Source of the DNA: Neoechinorhynchus agilis
Taxonomy: Eukaryota > Animalia > Acanthocephala
NCBI GenBank assembly: GCA_051530055.1
Contig: CM121341.1
Span: 15,664,784 to 15,728,783 of the forward strand
Reading direction: 5' to 3'
DNA length: 64,000 nucleotides
Under the pieces are notes generated by a model, which did no database searches, was not told the origin of the DNA, and saw nothing but the letters and a program-made list of their open reading frames with translations. A program made the translations under genes and the position numbers. This document shows positions 61,702 to 64,000 of this stretch, piece after piece. Numbering within the stretch: position 1 is the stretch's first letter; every line of letters starts with the position of its first letter.

Positions 61702-62574
61702 TCAATCTCTTGGTGATGGATGCATCTTACTGACTAAATCAATAAACTCAGCATGGCTAGCATATAAGGTTCGTTCGTTTAGGACCTGTTTGACAGACAT
61801 CCATTGCACATTTACTGCATCATCTCCAGCTTTAAGATCAAAATGAGCACACACAGAATTATCATTGTCATGGAAATTGTATACACTGGTCTCCATCCAA
61901 GCGTTGTCCGTGTTGCGCGGATCATCTACATATCCTTGATATATGAGTTTGGCTAGCGGCGAAAGGAGCTCATTTACGTATGATGCAGCAGCAGCCGAGG
62001 CACCCATTCCAAGTGCTTCTTCGGCCAATTCTCTTGTAACAGCCGTGGAAACCTTTTCGCCAGAATCTACCATTCCTCCAGGAATGGCCCATTCGCCCGA
62101 ATCCTTTCGTTTGATGGCTATAAACTCCAGGTCTCGATTTTCGGGATTAAAACGAGTTACAATTGCATCGGCGGCGTGATTGGGTCCCCACTTCCCAAGA
62201 AGACCGCGACCACTTATGCCAGTTCGGCCCTCTGGATTTACAGGTCGATTTGTTTGAGGTTCGATTGTGTATTTGCCAATATGGCTCCTTCTGTCTACTT
62301 TAGAAGTTCTCTTTTAGATCATCTTTTTTTACCACTACGCATATCAAGAGAACGCCTAATCCACGCTACCGTCGACGGTGTTAAACTGTAATGTGAGAGC
62401 ATTTTCGGGATCAGCCCATGGGGGCAAACTTAGAACCGTCGAATGAGTGAATTCGAACGGTTTATAGTCTGCCCATTCTTCGGACCAGCAAACTTTGTCG
62501 TCTGGAACTGGAAAACGCTCCACATTCTGTACTGAATTTGATCCATATGCAGAGTTTCTACACTTGGTGTGCAT
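61702..62574 (-). CDS. NUDT9: ADP-ribose pyrophosphatase, 2 exons
   Basis: RFPVPDDKV.W, WADP, NPEGRTGISGRGLLGKWGPNHAAD, WAIPGGMVD, RELAEEA, GYVDDPRNTDNAWMET, AGDDA, LYASH. Confidence 0.93.
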
Positions 62575-63112
62575 CAAAATATTTCTAAAAAATTTCATCG
62601 CCGATACCAAACGGGACGGCGAGAATAAGGAACGCGGCATGCAGCATAAAATACGTTCTAGAATCGATGTTCTCGTCAATAATGCAGTTAGGAAAATACG
62701 AAAAAATCAATACTTTGAATATCAGAAAATTGTGAGTATTTACGCTTATTTATCGATATAAAAATTACAATAACATTTGTATGTAGAGAGAAAAGAGGAA
62801 CGTGAACGAGGTTAGCAGCACAAAATATGTTCTAGAATCGATGTTCGCGTCAATATTGCATTTAGGAAAATACGAAACATGAAAATATTGTAAAGTATGA
62901 GGAAGCGAATATTTCGACTTTTGGAAAATTGTAAACAACGCCTTTAAGTGATCTCCATTAAAAAATTTTCTAAAATTCGTGAGTGAAAACCAAAAGAAAT
63001 ATTTTTTAAATAGCTCTAACATTTTTTTCGTCAATCGAGAAAAGAGGATGATTAAAGGACAAAAATCGTCTTATCAAAATGTCGGTATGTAAGCAAGTAC
63101 CGAACTATATGA

Positions 63113-63284
63113 TTAGAATTATTGTTTAGAAGTCTTCACACGTGATATTTCGAACCTCGTCGAGTTCATCATCAGTTGAGTGTCTATTAAAAACTACGAA
63201 ACCGATGATGAACCCGACGAGGTTCGAAGCGTCTTTAGTCAAAAAAGTATTTACCTGGTGAAGACTTCTAAACAATAATTCTAA
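63113..63284. mobile_element. Fold-back element with hammerhead arms, copy 2
   Basis: Perfect 27-bp TIR ttagaattattgtttagaagtcttcac. Inner IR ttcgaacctcgtcg.gttcatcatc.gtt carries CUGAUGA...GAAA on each strand. Confidence 0.8.
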
Positions 63285-64000
63285 AAATCGTTTTAGGATT
63301 AATATCGCCTTTGTTCAATATTGCATTATAAAAATAAGGGAAACCAGTACTTTAACCATTAGAAAATTCTACTTCGAACTCAAATTGCCTTAAAAAATCT
63401 AATAGTAGCTTTAAAAAACTATCCATGCTATATTAAAAAAATCGTGAATTCGAATGCCGATCAAAGTTTCAATTTCAAGAAGAAAATACCGCTAGACGTG
63501 TTTTATAGGTTCTTAAAATGCTTTTTAGAGTAAGAAATTATCGTTTCGTACAAATCGTATTTTTCAAAGTTTCCGATCATTTACGAAACCGATACTTTGA
63601 AATCCCATTAAAATTAATTCGGCAAAGATTTAAAAATGGTTGATCGCAACAACGATAAAAACCACAAAGGACATTCAAAAAGGGAATGCAAGATGCATCC
63701 TCGAGACAATGGAGATAAAGATATTCCTTCGTATCTTCTTTGAGACATTAGATGTCCATCTAAAATTAAAAATGCGCATATTTAGACCAATTTCGTTAAA
63801 CAAAAATTGCATGAAATCAAAAATCTTAAAACTTTGGAAAATCCATAGTTCATTTTATACCATCCGATCGAAATTCGGCCTTAGGAACCGTAAATCAAAT
63901 CGTAACCCCATGGAAATTAAATACTTTTGTGGAGCAATGTCAAATTGGTCGTAAGTATTAAATGCCACGGAAAGTGATTGTAAAACAAGAGTTCCAAAGT

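Noticed and set aside
62648-62876. 55-bp direct repeat upstream of NUDT9
   Set aside because: Local duplication with two copies only. No recognisable motif

Overview
Gene-dense, AT-rich eukaryotic DNA with short GT-AG introns. It is most likely from an invertebrate animal (Mlp60A-like LIM protein, Penelope and CRE retroelements), but the taxon cannot be fixed from sequence alone. Recognisable host genes are GAPDH, FITM, spinster, a polypeptide GalNAc-transferase, a secreted LRR protein, Fis1 (plus two decayed copies), WDR5, two inverted copies of a single-LIM protein flanking MOGS, eEFSec and NUDT9. Intergenic DNA is filled with fragments of CRE-like, APE-type LINE, Penelope-like and Ty3/gypsy elements, plus several MITE-like palindromes. 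The most striking signal is RNA-level: about 13 hammerhead-ribozyme-like cores. Five belong to a dispersed, tRNA-headed (SINE-like) repeat. In its best copy (275-338, minus strand) the complete hammerhead core and all three stems are present, but the strands are in a non-circularly permuted order (II'-GAAA-III, then I'-CUGAUGA-II, then III'-AUC-I), implying a double-pseudoknot or strand-swapped fold. The other eight are minimal Penelope-type hammerheads, some in the arms of small fold-back elements. All structures were paired by eye; no folding, alignment or database search was run.
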